From assembly GCA_965213675.1 (NCBI GenBank), contig OZ243916.1, positions 1,792,001 through 1,856,000 on the forward strand: a stretch of 64,000 bases of DNA, written 5' to 3'. The notes under the pieces are model-generated. The model was not told the origin of the DNA. It did not search any database and saw only the letters and a list, made by a program, of their open reading frames with translations. Position 1 is the stretch's first letter; each line of letters opens with the position of its first letter. Below, piece after piece: positions 28,224 to 37,980 of this stretch. The position numbers and the translations under genes are program-made. Origin of the DNA: an uncultured Candidatus Binatia bacterium. Lineage in GTDB: Bacteria; Desulfobacterota; Binatia; UBA9968; JAJDTQ01.

Positions 28224-29570
28224 TCAGAGGTACTCCACCTTGTCGACGCCGGGCACCACGACCTTGCGGTAGTACTCGTTGTCGTGGAGCGGCATGGTGG
28301 CGTCAATGCCCCACACGGCCGTGGTGCGCGGCGCCGGCGCCGAGGGATCCAGCGTCGACATGGCCAGGTTGGGGACGATGATGACGTCCTTGTCCGGCTG
28401 CACCCGGGTGTTGACGGCCCATTCCACGTCCACCGGATCATTCACGTCGATGTCCTCGTCCACCACCACCACGCGCTTGAAGCCCGCGCCCGTGGCCAGC
28501 AGCGCCAGGATGATGTTGCGCGCCTCGGCGTCGTGGCGCTTGCGCATGGACACCACGGCATGGTGCCGGAAAGTGCCGCCGGCGGTCACGCTGCAGTCCT
28601 TGACCTCCGGGGTGATGGCGGACACCGTGCGGTAGACCAGCGCCGCGTTGGCGCATTCGATCAGCGTGTGGTTCTCGGTCACGGGCATACCCGTGAGGCA
28701 GGTCTCGTAGATGGGGTTCTGCCGCATGGTGATGGCGGTGACCTGTATGACCGGCGCCTGCTTGCTCTCGCTGTAGGTGCCCGGATACTCGCCGTACGGG
28801 CCGTCCGATACCCGCTCCCCGGGAATGGTCACGCCTTCAATCACCACTTCGGCGTGGGCCGGCACGTCCACGTCGATGGTGTCGCACTTGGTCAGTTGCA
28901 CGGGGGCGCCGCGCAAACCGCCCGCCACCGCGAACTCGTCCACGCCGTAGGGCACCCGCGACTGGGAGCCGATGATGATGGCCGGATCCACGCCGATGGC
29001 CGTGGCCACCTCCAGCCCCTCGCCCCGGTCCTCCGCCTTGAGGATCATGCGCCCCAGGTGATGGTCCGCCGGCGCCCACAGGGACAGCTTGTCCTTGCCC
29101 AGCCGCAGCATCCGGTGAATGGATACGTTGGGAATGCGCGTGTCCGGGTCCTTGCCGATCTGCACGCCGATGGTGACGTACGCACCGCAGTCCTTCTCCG
29201 AGTGGACGCAGATGGGCAGCTTCTCGAGGTCGATGTCATCGCCGGTCCAGCGCACTTCCTTGACCGGACCCGTGGCCACCATCTCGGAGGGAATGCGCGC
29301 GTCCTCCAGCGTCAGGTAGCGCTCCAGCAGCTTTTCCTCGGTGACTCCCAGGCCCAGCGCCACCAGCCGCCGGGTGGCGTACAGCGCTCCGAGCACACGC
29401 CAGTCCGGGTGGTCCTTGACGTTGTTGAACAACAACGCGGGGCCGCCCACGTCGGAACTCTTGCGAATGCCGGCAGCGACTTCGAAGCGCGTGTCCACCT
29501 CCCGGTTCACCTCCAGCAACTGGCCCTCGCGCTCCAGCACGTCAAGGAATTCTCGCAGGTCTTGATGCAA
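28224..29570 (-). CDS. UbiD family (prFMN-dependent) decarboxylase
   Basis: DLREFL, NVSIHR, AEVVIEG, DGPYGEYPGTY and VVDEDID; TTG start. Confidence 0.93.
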   Translation of the reverse strand: MHQDLREFLDVLEREGQLLEVNREVDTRFEVAAGIRKSSDVGGPALLFNNVKDHPDWRVLGALYATRRLVALGLGVTEEKLLERYLTLEDARIPSEMVATGPVKEVRWTGDDIDLEKLPICVHSEKDCGAYVTIGVQIGKDPDTRIPNVSIHRMLRLGKDKLSLWAPADHHLGRMILKAEDRGEGLEVATAIGVDPAIIIGSQSRVPYGVDEFAVAGGLRGAPVQLTKCDTIDVDVPAHAEVVIEGVTIPGERVSDGPYGEYPGTYSESKQAPVIQVTAITMRQNPIYETCLTGMPVTENHTLIECANAALVYRTVSAITPEVKDCSVTAGGTFRHHAVVSMRKRHDAEARNIILALLATGAGFKRVVVVDEDIDVNDPVDVEWAVNTRVQPDKDVIIVPNLAMSTLDPSAPAPRTTAVWGIDATMPLHDNEYYRKVVVPGVDKVEYL

Positions 29571-29751
29571 TGCAGAGTCTCCCGTTTATCGCAACTCGGT
29601 TGCTCCCAAGGGGTCCGTCCCCGCTCTCGATCCGGGCGGGAACACCTCGCACTCGCCAAGGGCTACTTACCAAATGGCCCCCGGCGCGTCTACCGGTTTG
29701 ACAAGGCCGGGCCGGCGGAGTAGGCAAGCGGGGAAGCATGGGACCAACCTC

Positions 29752-30867
29752 ATGATTACCATTCGGGGACTACGCAAGGAATTTATCGTCACGGACGGCA
29801 AGGTCGCGGCGCTCAAGAAGCTCGATCTGGATGTCGAGGAAGGTGAATTCTTCGTCATCGTCGGCGCCAGCGGCTCGGGCAAGACCACCCTGTTGCGTTG
29901 CGTGGCCGGACTCGAGACACCCAACCACGGAGAGATCCGCATCGCCGACCGCACCGTGTTCGGCGACAACCCGCCGGTGTGGGTGCCGCCCCAGGACCGG
30001 AACTTCGGCATGGTGTTCCAGTCCTATGCAGTGTGGCCGCACCTGACCGTTTTCGACAACGTCGCCCTGCCCTTGCGCGAGGGCGCCCAGAAGATCCCGC
30101 GACAGCAGGTCGACAACCGGGTGCGGAACGCGCTCCACATGGTGCAGCTCGACGAGCAGATCGAGCGGCCGTCCACACTCCTGAGCGGCGGCCAGCAGCA
30201 GCGGGTGGCGCTGGCCCGCGCCATCGCCGTGAACCCCAAGGTGCTGCTCATGGACGAGCCCCTGAGCAACCTCGACGCGCGCCTGCGCGAGGATGTGCGC
30301 GGGCGCATCCGCGACCTGGCCAAGCAACTCGGGGCCACCGTGCTCTACGTCACCCACGATCAGATCGAGGCCATGGCCATGGCCGACAAGATCGCCCTGA
30401 TGAGCTTGGGCGAGCTGCTGCAGTACGGCAGCCCCATGGACCTCTACCGCAGCCCCAACTGCGCCGAAGTGGCCGAGTTCTTCGGCTCGGTCAACTGGCT
30501 CCCGGGCCGCCGCGTGGAGGACGACCTGGTGGAAACCCGCATCGGCCGCTTCCGCATGACCGGGGGCGCCGACCCCGGCGCCGACGTGTTCGTCGGGTTC
30601 AGGCCCGAATGCATCCAGTACGCCGAACCTTCGGACGGGAAGAAAGAAAACACCTTCGATGCGCGCCTGACATCCAGCGTGTTCCTCGGCGACCAGTTCG
30701 TCTACGACGCCACCGCGGACGATATTCCGCTCACCGGCAAGAGCCGCGCGGTGCCCACCACCCACGGAGACAGTCTCTCGTTGCGCGTGTTGCCCGACAA
30801 CGTCATGGTATTCGCGGCCGACGAGAAGAACACCGCCTTCGTGAACGCCGTCGGCAAGCAGGGCTGA
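29752..30867 (+). CDS. ABC transporter ATP-binding protein (FbpC/PotA-like, TOBE domain)
   Basis: GASGSGKTT, FQSYAVWPH, LSGGQQQR and DEPLSNLD. Confidence 0.93.
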   Translation: MITIRGLRKEFIVTDGKVAALKKLDLDVEEGEFFVIVGASGSGKTTLLRCVAGLETPNHGEIRIADRTVFGDNPPVWVPPQDRNFGMVFQSYAVWPHLTVFDNVALPLREGAQKIPRQQVDNRVRNALHMVQLDEQIERPSTLLSGGQQQRVALARAIAVNPKVLLMDEPLSNLDARLREDVRGRIRDLAKQLGATVLYVTHDQIEAMAMADKIALMSLGELLQYGSPMDLYRSPNCAEVAEFFGSVNWLPGRRVEDDLVETRIGRFRMTGGADPGADVFVGFRPECIQYAEPSDGKKENTFDARLTSSVFLGDQFVYDATADDIPLTGKSRAVPTTHGDSLSLRVLPDNVMVFAADEKNTAFVNAVGKQG

Positions 30868-30944
30868 GACCGCCCCCCCGAGCCCGGCGCCACCGGTCTC
30901 GATCCACGCGCCCCGGCTACCATGCCAGCGTTCACGCCTCTCTT

Positions 30945-30982
30945 CGACAAAGATCGACAAAGCGACAAAGATCGACAAAGAT
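30945..30982 (+). repeat. Tandem CGACAAAG(AT) x4
   Basis: CGACAAAGAT CGACAAAG CGACAAAGAT CGACAAAGAT in the ATPase-SBP intergenic region. Confidence 0.85.
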
Positions 30983-31141
30983 TTAGTCCATAGGTAACAG
31001 CCAGGGCATCGGTCGGGTGAATGGGCAATTGACCGGGTCGACCGCGCTTGCACCGGGTCCGGGAAGTGGTCTACAAGAGTAGCCCGTGTCAGAAAGCCAA
31101 CGCTGTTCGTGTCACGAAACCAACAGTCAAGGAGGAGACTG

Positions 31142-32251
31142 ATGCTCGATGTCAAACGCAACCATAGGTGGGCCGTCGCCCTGGGCGTGGCTCTATGCTC
31201 CCTGTTCCTGGTCGCGGGTGCCTACGCGGCCGACGCTCCCAAGAACCTCAAGGAGCTGGTCGAAGGCGCAAAGAAGGAGACCACCCTTACGGCCATGTGG
31301 TCCAGCCGAAGCCTGAACGGTAGCAAGGGCTTTGCGCAGATCGTCGCCGGCATGAACAAGATGTACGGCACCAACATCAAGCCGAAGTTCACGCCGGGTC
31401 CCGCGATGAACCGAATGATCGGCAAGCTCACCCGTGAGATGAAGGCCGGCCAACCCGCCAGCACCGATGTGTTGTGGGGCAACTCCGGCGGCATGCTCGC
31501 TTCCGCCAAGGTGAACTTGACACGACCCATGAACTGGATGGCCTACCTCGGCAGGCCGATGCTGACGCCGGATGCGGGCTTCGATCCCATCGCTCCCGGC
31601 GGCATCGGGCTCGCCTCGGCGTCCACGCTCGTGGGTATCATGTACAACAGCGACATCGTCAAGGGCGAGGATGTCCCCAAGAGCATGCATGACGTTCTCA
31701 AGCCAAAGTGGAAGGGCAAGATCGCATCCACTCCTTACGCGGCAGGGCTCCGCGAGTTCGCCACGCCCAGTCTCCTCGGCAAGGAGGTCATGATTGATTA
31801 CGCCAAGAAGCTTTCCCAGCAGATCGGCGGCCTGATCCGATGCGGCTCCACGGACAAGCTCACCAGCGGCGAGTTCGCGATGCTGGTGTTCAGTTGTGGT
31901 GACCAGTACGTGAACCAGGGGCTGCGTGACGGTTTGCCGCTGGGCTACTCGGTGGTGAATGAAGCCGTCGTGTCCCATACCCGCTACGGCTCGGTACCGA
32001 CGCATTCTGCGGCGCCCAATGCCGCGGCCCTGTTCGTCGCCTACCTGCACACTCCGGAAGGTCAGAAGTGGATGTGGGACGTCAACGGCTTCGACTTCCA
32101 CCTCTATCCGGAATCCAACGAGCGCAAGATCCTGGCGGACGCCCGCAGCCGCGGAGCCAAGGTGGTGGTGAACTCGCCGCAGTGGCTGGCGAGCGAGAAG
32201 GACTACGTGAAGACCCGCAAGGAAATCGAGAAGATCCTGAAGGGCGAGTAG
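31142..32251 (+). CDS. ABC transporter substrate-binding protein (Fe3+/thiamine/polyamine-type)
   Basis: Signal peptide ending AYA, MYNSD, KPKWKGKI and PNAAALFVAYLHTPEGQ; AAGGAGGAG SD. Confidence 0.88.
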   Translation: MLDVKRNHRWAVALGVALCSLFLVAGAYAADAPKNLKELVEGAKKETTLTAMWSSRSLNGSKGFAQIVAGMNKMYGTNIKPKFTPGPAMNRMIGKLTREMKAGQPASTDVLWGNSGGMLASAKVNLTRPMNWMAYLGRPMLTPDAGFDPIAPGGIGLASASTLVGIMYNSDIVKGEDVPKSMHDVLKPKWKGKIASTPYAAGLREFATPSLLGKEVMIDYAKKLSQQIGGLIRCGSTDKLTSGEFAMLVFSCGDQYVNQGLRDGLPLGYSVVNEAVVSHTRYGSVPTHSAAPNAAALFVAYLHTPEGQKWMWDVNGFDFHLYPESNERKILADARSRGAKVVVNSPQWLASEKDYVKTRKEIEKILKGE

Positions 32252-32270
32252 CGCGCATTCTCATTTTATC

Positions 32271-32302
32271 GCTCAGGGCCATCGCCGAACATGGCCCTGA
32301 GC
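32271..32302 (+). other. 12-bp stem hairpin between SBP and permease (possible mRNA stabiliser/attenuator)
   Basis: GCTCAGGGCCAT-8 nt-ATGGCCCTGAGC. Confidence 0.6.
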
Positions 32303-32431
32303 ACTGGACTCTGAGCCGGGCCGGGTGTGTGTCAAACGGACAGGCGCCCGGCCCGGCGACTCACAAGGACACGACAGAACAACCCAGGCCCGCGATCCGG
32401 ACGTGGCCGGCCGCAACCTCATCGGGTCCCT

Positions 32432-34171
32432 ATGGAAGCTGTCCTGAAACGACCGTGGCGGCGTCTGTTCCGCCCCAAGGCATCACCCCTGATGATGGGG
32501 CTGGCCGTAGTCCCCATGTTCGTGATTCTGGTGCTGGTGGCCGTGCTGGTGTGGATCAGCTTCCAGACAGGCATGTTGGGGACCTCCGAAGCCACCTACA
32601 CGTATCGGAACTATCCGGAAATTCTGGGCGACCCGTTCGTAGCCAAGGTCACCTTCAACACCCTGATATTCACCGTGGCCACGACTCTCGTGGCACTGGC
32701 CATCGGTCTGCCCATCGCTTGGCTCACCGAGCGCACGACCCTGCCGGGCAAGGGCTTGGTCTATACCATCATGACCTTGGGGCTTCTGATCCCGGGGATT
32801 TACACGGCCATGGGCTGGACCTTCCTGGCACACCAGCGCATCGGTTTCCTCAATCGCTGGCTGGTCAGCATGTTCGGGCTTGAGTCCGGACCCATCAACA
32901 TCGCGACCCCTGTGGGCATGGGTTTCGTCCAGGGCCTCAGCTTGGCGGCACTGGCGTTCATCCTCACCGCCCAGATGTTCCGCGCCATGAACCCGTCTCT
33001 GGAAGAGGCGGCGAAGATTCACGGCATGAGCTTCTTCGCCACCATGCGCCGCGTGACGTTGCCACTGGCCTTTCCGGCCATCCTTGCCGCGGTGATCTAC
33101 ATGGTGACCATCGCCATCGCCACCTTCGATATTCCGGCCATCATCGGCCTCGGAAATCGCGTGTATATGCTCAGCACGTTCGTCTACCTCAAGACCAACC
33201 CCGGGGATGACGAGTTCCCCGAGCACGGCATCACCGCGGCCCTGGGCGTTCTGATGATCGGCGTAGCGGTACTGCTCACCTGGTGGTACAGCAGTGTGTT
33301 GCGGCAGGGTCATCGCTATGAGGTCGTGACCGGAAAGGGCTATCGCCCCGCCCTCATCGACTTGGGACACTGGGGTCTGGCGGGCTGGAGCTTCATCGGC
33401 CTTTACATCCTGGCCTCGAAACTTCTGCCGTTGCTGTTGATCGCCTACGTCGCCGTAACCCCGTACCTCGCACCGCCTTCCTGGGCGATGCTCAACCGCG
33501 CGTCCCTCGCGGCCTTCTACAACGTCGACTGGGGCCTCGTATGGCGCGGCCTCCAAAACACCATCCTGCTGGTGGCGGTGGTGCCGACGCTCACGCTTGT
33601 CATCGCGTTCGCCGTTTCCTGGCTCATCGTCCGCTCGGGTTCGCGCTATCGTTATGCCCTGGAATTTGGCGCGTTCCTGCCCCACGCCCTGCCCGAAGTG
33701 ATCCTGGCCATCGCTGCCCTGCTGGTTTCACTGTTCGTGCTCAAGGACTTCATACCGCTCTACGGCTCCATATGGCTGATTGCCATTGTATACGTAGTAT
33801 CCAGGCTGGCCTTTGCCACCCGCGCACTCAACAGCTCCCTGCTGCAAATTCACAAGGAGCTTGAGGAGGCCGCCTATACCGCGGGGCTGTCCGCCGTGCG
33901 CACTTCCTGGCGTATCCTGGTGCCCCTGCTGCGCCCGACGATCCTGTCGGTGTGGATCTGGTCCGCCATCCTGGTCTACCGGGAACTCACCGTTGCCGTT
34001 TTCCTGATCAGCCACGACAACATTACCCTCCCGGCCGTCATATGGAGCTACTGGTTCTCCGGCGGCACCAATCTGGCGGCGGCCGTCACACTCGTAATGA
34101 CGGCGGTCCTGACGCCCCTCATCCTGGTCTTCTGGTGGTTCGGCCGGCGCTCACTGATGCCGGAATCGTAA
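32432..34171 (+). CDS. ABC transporter fused double permease (FbpB-like)
   Basis: Two LEEAA loops, ~12 TM segments. Confidence 0.92.
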   Translation: MEAVLKRPWRRLFRPKASPLMMGLAVVPMFVILVLVAVLVWISFQTGMLGTSEATYTYRNYPEILGDPFVAKVTFNTLIFTVATTLVALAIGLPIAWLTERTTLPGKGLVYTIMTLGLLIPGIYTAMGWTFLAHQRIGFLNRWLVSMFGLESGPINIATPVGMGFVQGLSLAALAFILTAQMFRAMNPSLEEAAKIHGMSFFATMRRVTLPLAFPAILAAVIYMVTIAIATFDIPAIIGLGNRVYMLSTFVYLKTNPGDDEFPEHGITAALGVLMIGVAVLLTWWYSSVLRQGHRYEVVTGKGYRPALIDLGHWGLAGWSFIGLYILASKLLPLLLIAYVAVTPYLAPPSWAMLNRASLAAFYNVDWGLVWRGLQNTILLVAVVPTLTLVIAFAVSWLIVRSGSRYRYALEFGAFLPHALPEVILAIAALLVSLFVLKDFIPLYGSIWLIAIVYVVSRLAFATRALNSSLLQIHKELEEAAYTAGLSAVRTSWRILVPLLRPTILSVWIWSAILVYRELTVAVFLISHDNITLPAVIWSYWFSGGTNLAAAVTLVMTAVLTPLILVFWWFGRRSLMPES

Positions 34172-34215
34172 GCGGTCGCCGGGAGAGGCATTTGAACGGA
34201 CGACACGCCATTCAT

Positions 34216-34326
34216 GTCATTCCCGCGCAAGCTTGCCCTCGACCCCGATCGGGGGCGGGTATCCAGGGGTGGCGGGGGGCCAAACCCGCCCCACGCCACC
34301 TGGATTTTCGCTTGCGCCGGAATGAC
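34216..34326. repeat. REP doublet, GTCATTCCCGCG family, with internal insert
   Basis: GTCATTCCCGCGCAAGC...GCGGGTATCCAGG ... CCTGGATTTTCGCTTGCGCCGGAATGAC. Confidence 0.78.
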
Positions 34327-34358
34327 GGCATTTCAGCTCTCGTTGAGACCGGACCGCG

Positions 34359-36605
34359 GTGATGACCGACTCCAAGATAGTCGGTGCTCCCGTCCTGCGC
34401 GCCGAAGGTCCCGACAAGGTCACCGGACGCACCCGCTACGCCGCGGACATTCCGCGCGAGGGGATGCTCTGGGGCAAGATCCTGCGGAGTCCCCACCCCC
34501 ACGCACGCATCCGCGGCATCGACGCCACGCGGGCCGGAAACGCACCGGGCGTCCGGGCCGTGGTCACGGGGCCGGACATCCCGAACCACTACATGGGCAA
34601 GCAGATCCGCGACCTGCCGGTGCTGTGCTGGGACCGCGTGCGCTACGCCGGCGACCGGGTGGCCGCGGTGGCGGCGGATACGCTGGAGCAGGCCGAAGCC
34701 GCGCTGGCGCTCATCGACGTGGACTACGAGGTGTTGCCCGCAGTGTTCGATCCCGTGGCCGCCACCGCGTCCGACGCGCCGCTGTTGCACCACGACGTCG
34801 CCGCCTACGACGGCGCGCCTCACGAACGGCTGGCCAGCGACGTGCGCAACGGCCTCACCCGCCTGTCCTGGAGCAAGGGGGACGTGGCGCAGGGTTTCCG
34901 CGACGCCGACCTGGTGCTGGAGCACACCTTCCGCATACCCGGCCGCCACCAGGGCTACATGGAGCCCCATGCCGGGCTTCTGGCCATCGATGCCGGCGGC
35001 CGCGTGCAGGTGTGGGCCTCCACCAAGGACCCGTTCCGCACCCGCCGCATGCTCGCCGATACCCTCGGCATGGAGCACCACCGCGTGCGCGTCCATTCGG
35101 TGAACGTGGGCGGAGAGTTCGGCGGCAAGGGCGACGCCCGCGACCTGCCCGTGGCGTACTTCCTGGCGCGGGAGTCCGGGCGGCCGGTGAAGATCGTCAT
35201 GACCTACGCCGAGGAGCTCACCGCCTGCAACCCGGACGAGGCCACGGTCATGACCATCCGCAGCGGCGTCACCCGCGATGGCCGCATCGTCGCCCGCCGT
35301 CTCAAGGCATGGCACGCCGGCGGCGCCTACGGCGGAACCAAGGCCAGCGCGTCCTTCGCGACATGGCATTACGCCGGCGGTCTTTACCGCGTGGAAAACG
35401 CGGAGTTCGAGTTCCTGCAGGTCTACACCAATACCACCCCCGGCGGTTACTACCGGAGTCCCGGCTCCATCCCCACGTTCTTCGCGCTGGAGTCCCACAC
35501 CGACATCCTCGCGCGGGAACTGGGCATGGACCCCGGCGAATTCCGGCTGCGAAACGTGCTGCGTCCCAACGAGAAGGACGCCATCGGCAAGCGCCTTCCC
35601 GGCCTTCAGGTCCACACGGTGCTGGCGCGGGCGCTGGAGGCGGCGGACTGGCGCGCGCCCCGGTCCGGCCCCCACCGCGGCCGCGGCGTGGCGATCTACG
35701 GCCGGCACATCTCCGGCGGCGAGACCGGCATCGCCGTCAGCGCCGGGACCGACGGAACGCTCACCGTGCTGACCCCCACCGTGGACCAGGGAACCGGGAC
35801 CCATACGATTCTGCGCCAGCTCGCGGCCGAGCAGATGCAACTGGAGCTGGAACGGGTGCGCGTGGCCACCGGCGACACCGACACCGTCCCCTACGACACC
35901 GGCGCCCGCGCCAGCCGCGTGACCTACGTCGCCGGTCTCGCGCTGGAGCGCGCCTGCAACGAGCTGCGCGACAAGCTGGCAGCCCACGCCGCGCGCTTGC
36001 TGGAGTGCGACCCCGGGGACGTGATCTACGCCCACGGCGCGTTCTCGCCGCGCACGGAGCCGGGCCAGAGCGTCACCCTGGCGCAGGTGGCGGCCCGGCA
36101 CCCGGACGACCGCACCGTCACCGTGGAAGAAGACTTCCGCTACCCCGACGAGACCACCTACGTGTGCGCGCAGGTTGCGGAGGTGGAGGTGGACCCCGAA
36201 ACCGGCGCCACCCGGGTCGAGCGCATCGTCACCGCCCACGACGTGGGCACTGTCATCAACCCCATCACGCACCAGGGGCAGATCGACGGCGGCGTGGTCA
36301 TGGGCCTGGGCCAGGCGGTGATGGAAGAACTCACCCTGGACAACGGCAAGGTGACCAACGCCAACCTGGGCGACTACAAGCTCCCCACCACCCGCGACAT
36401 ACCGCGCCTGAAAACGGTACTCGTGGAAACGGAGGGCGGACTCGCGCCCCACGGCGGCAAGGCCATCGGCGAGTTCGCCAACAACAACCCACCGGCGGCC
36501 ATCGCCAACGCCGTGGCCGACGCCGTGGGTGTGCGCCTGTTCGAGATGCCGGTGACGGCGGAGAGAGTATACCGCGGGCTCAAGGAACGAAGTCCGGCGA
36601 AATGA
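34359..36605 (+). CDS. Stand-alone xanthine dehydrogenase family large subunit
   Basis: LRSPHPHA, VGGEFGGKG, DQGTG, QGQIDGG and GKAIGE. Confidence 0.93.
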   Translation: MMTDSKIVGAPVLRAEGPDKVTGRTRYAADIPREGMLWGKILRSPHPHARIRGIDATRAGNAPGVRAVVTGPDIPNHYMGKQIRDLPVLCWDRVRYAGDRVAAVAADTLEQAEAALALIDVDYEVLPAVFDPVAATASDAPLLHHDVAAYDGAPHERLASDVRNGLTRLSWSKGDVAQGFRDADLVLEHTFRIPGRHQGYMEPHAGLLAIDAGGRVQVWASTKDPFRTRRMLADTLGMEHHRVRVHSVNVGGEFGGKGDARDLPVAYFLARESGRPVKIVMTYAEELTACNPDEATVMTIRSGVTRDGRIVARRLKAWHAGGAYGGTKASASFATWHYAGGLYRVENAEFEFLQVYTNTTPGGYYRSPGSIPTFFALESHTDILARELGMDPGEFRLRNVLRPNEKDAIGKRLPGLQVHTVLARALEAADWRAPRSGPHRGRGVAIYGRHISGGETGIAVSAGTDGTLTVLTPTVDQGTGTHTILRQLAAEQMQLELERVRVATGDTDTVPYDTGARASRVTYVAGLALERACNELRDKLAAHAARLLECDPGDVIYAHGAFSPRTEPGQSVTLAQVAARHPDDRTVTVEEDFRYPDETTYVCAQVAEVEVDPETGATRVERIVTAHDVGTVINPITHQGQIDGGVVMGLGQAVMEELTLDNGKVTNANLGDYKLPTTRDIPRLKTVLVETEGGLAPHGGKAIGEFANNNPPAAIANAVADAVGVRLFEMPVTAERVYRGLKERSPAK

Positions 36606-36777
36606 CGTCGCTGCATCCGGCGCGGCTCGGACCGGAAGGATTCCACTGCCCTCGCCTTGGGGGCTCGAGAATGGCGCCGCCTCGGAGAAACATCGGAAAC
36701 CGTTGGAGTTGGAATCGTTCAGGCAACCGGCACCGGGTTACGCTTGCCGCAAACCCCATCCGTAAGGGAGGAATGAC

Positions 36778-37521
36778 ATGCTGGAAGGCAAAGTGGTCGT
36801 GGTGACCGGAGGCGGCAAGGGCATCGGACGCCATGCCGCGCTGACGTTCGCGCGGGAAAAGGCCAGAGTCGCGATACTCGACGTGAGCCAGGAATGGCTC
36901 GACAAGACCGGCCCCGAGTTGGGGGAGCTGACCGACGCCCTGGGCATCCACGCCGACGTGCGCGACGAGAACGCGGTGCGGAGCGCCTTCGATCAAGTCG
37001 CTCAGCGCTTCGGCCAGATCGACGTCCTGGTGAACGACGCCGCCATCGTGCCGCACTTCGCCTGGGGCATCCCGCGGTGGCCGCTGATCCGCGACATGGA
37101 CCTGTCCTACTGGAACCGCGTCATCGAGACCAACCTGGGCGGCACCTTCGTGTGCTCCAAGCATGTGCTGGCGCACATGGAGCCACGCCGCTCCGGACAC
37201 ATCATCAACCTGTACGGCGGCGGCGGCGTCTCGCCCGGCGGCGCCTGCGCCTACGTGGTCACCAAGGACGCCATCTGGACGTTCAGCCGCTACCTGGCGG
37301 AAGAAGTCCGTGAATCCAACGTGTGCGTCGTCACCTTCTCGCCCCGCGTACCCATCGTCACCGAGGGCGCCCCGGAGGACGCCTTCACGCGCCTCCCGAC
37401 CCCGGAGGTCCTGGGCCAAGGCTTCGTCCTGGCGGCTCAGGCGCCCATGGAGCAATCCGGGCGACTGTTCTACTACGAGGACGGGAAACTGGTGGAGGGG
37501 AAAGACGGTCGATACGAATAG
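36778..37521 (+). CDS. SDR family oxidoreductase
   Basis: TGGGKGIG, VNDAA and YVVTK; GGAGG SD. Confidence 0.9.
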   Translation: MLEGKVVVVTGGGKGIGRHAALTFAREKARVAILDVSQEWLDKTGPELGELTDALGIHADVRDENAVRSAFDQVAQRFGQIDVLVNDAAIVPHFAWGIPRWPLIRDMDLSYWNRVIETNLGGTFVCSKHVLAHMEPRRSGHIINLYGGGGVSPGGACAYVVTKDAIWTFSRYLAEEVRESNVCVVTFSPRVPIVTEGAPEDAFTRLPTPEVLGQGFVLAAQAPMEQSGRLFYYEDGKLVEGKDGRYE

Positions 37522-37572
37522 AACCCCGCGTCGACGCGGGTATCCGGGCCTGGGGGCCTGCGCCGCGGGCTC

Positions 37573-37806
37573 TCAGGCCCGGCCGCCCGTGCGTTCGATG
37601 ACGGTTTCCATACCCTTGATGATACCCTCCAATGCCCGCATGGCTTCGGTGTGACGGGTATCCTGTGCGCGCATGGCTTCGGCGTGACGGGCGTCCTCGC
37701 GAGCGGCCCGTTGGTCTCCGGCCCGGCGCATCTGCCAGATACCGAACCAAATGGACCCGACGGCGCCGGCGCTGACGATCAGTGACAGGGTTTCGTAGAC
37801 GGTCAT
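37573..37806 (-). CDS. Small single-TM protein with coiled-coil tail
   Basis: N-terminal TM, duplicated D[A/T]RH[A/T]EAMRA; strong GAGGAGGGGGAG SD. Confidence 0.75.
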   Translation of the reverse strand: MTVYETLSLIVSAGAVGSIWFGIWQMRRAGDQRAAREDARHAEAMRAQDTRHTEAMRALEGIIKGMETVIERTGGRA

Positions 37807-37980
37807 GGCATCTCCCCCTCCTCAACTCCTACCACGCCGCAACCAGGAAACAATACCAAGCACGCGGTCGAACTGCCGAACGAACCGGACTTCGTACAGA
37901 CACAAGGTTGAAACGAACACATGGCCGTTGCCCGCTGGACCGAAGCATCGAACGAATGCCATAGGCGATGGCGCCGGCCG

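Noticed and set aside
26556-29723. 1055-aa plus-strand ORF and other long antisense ORFs (8978-11119, 13843-15876, 24236-26668, 34212-36452, 51985-54396)
   Set aside because: Shadow ORFs opposite motif-bearing genes, expected at high GC; no recognisable motifs
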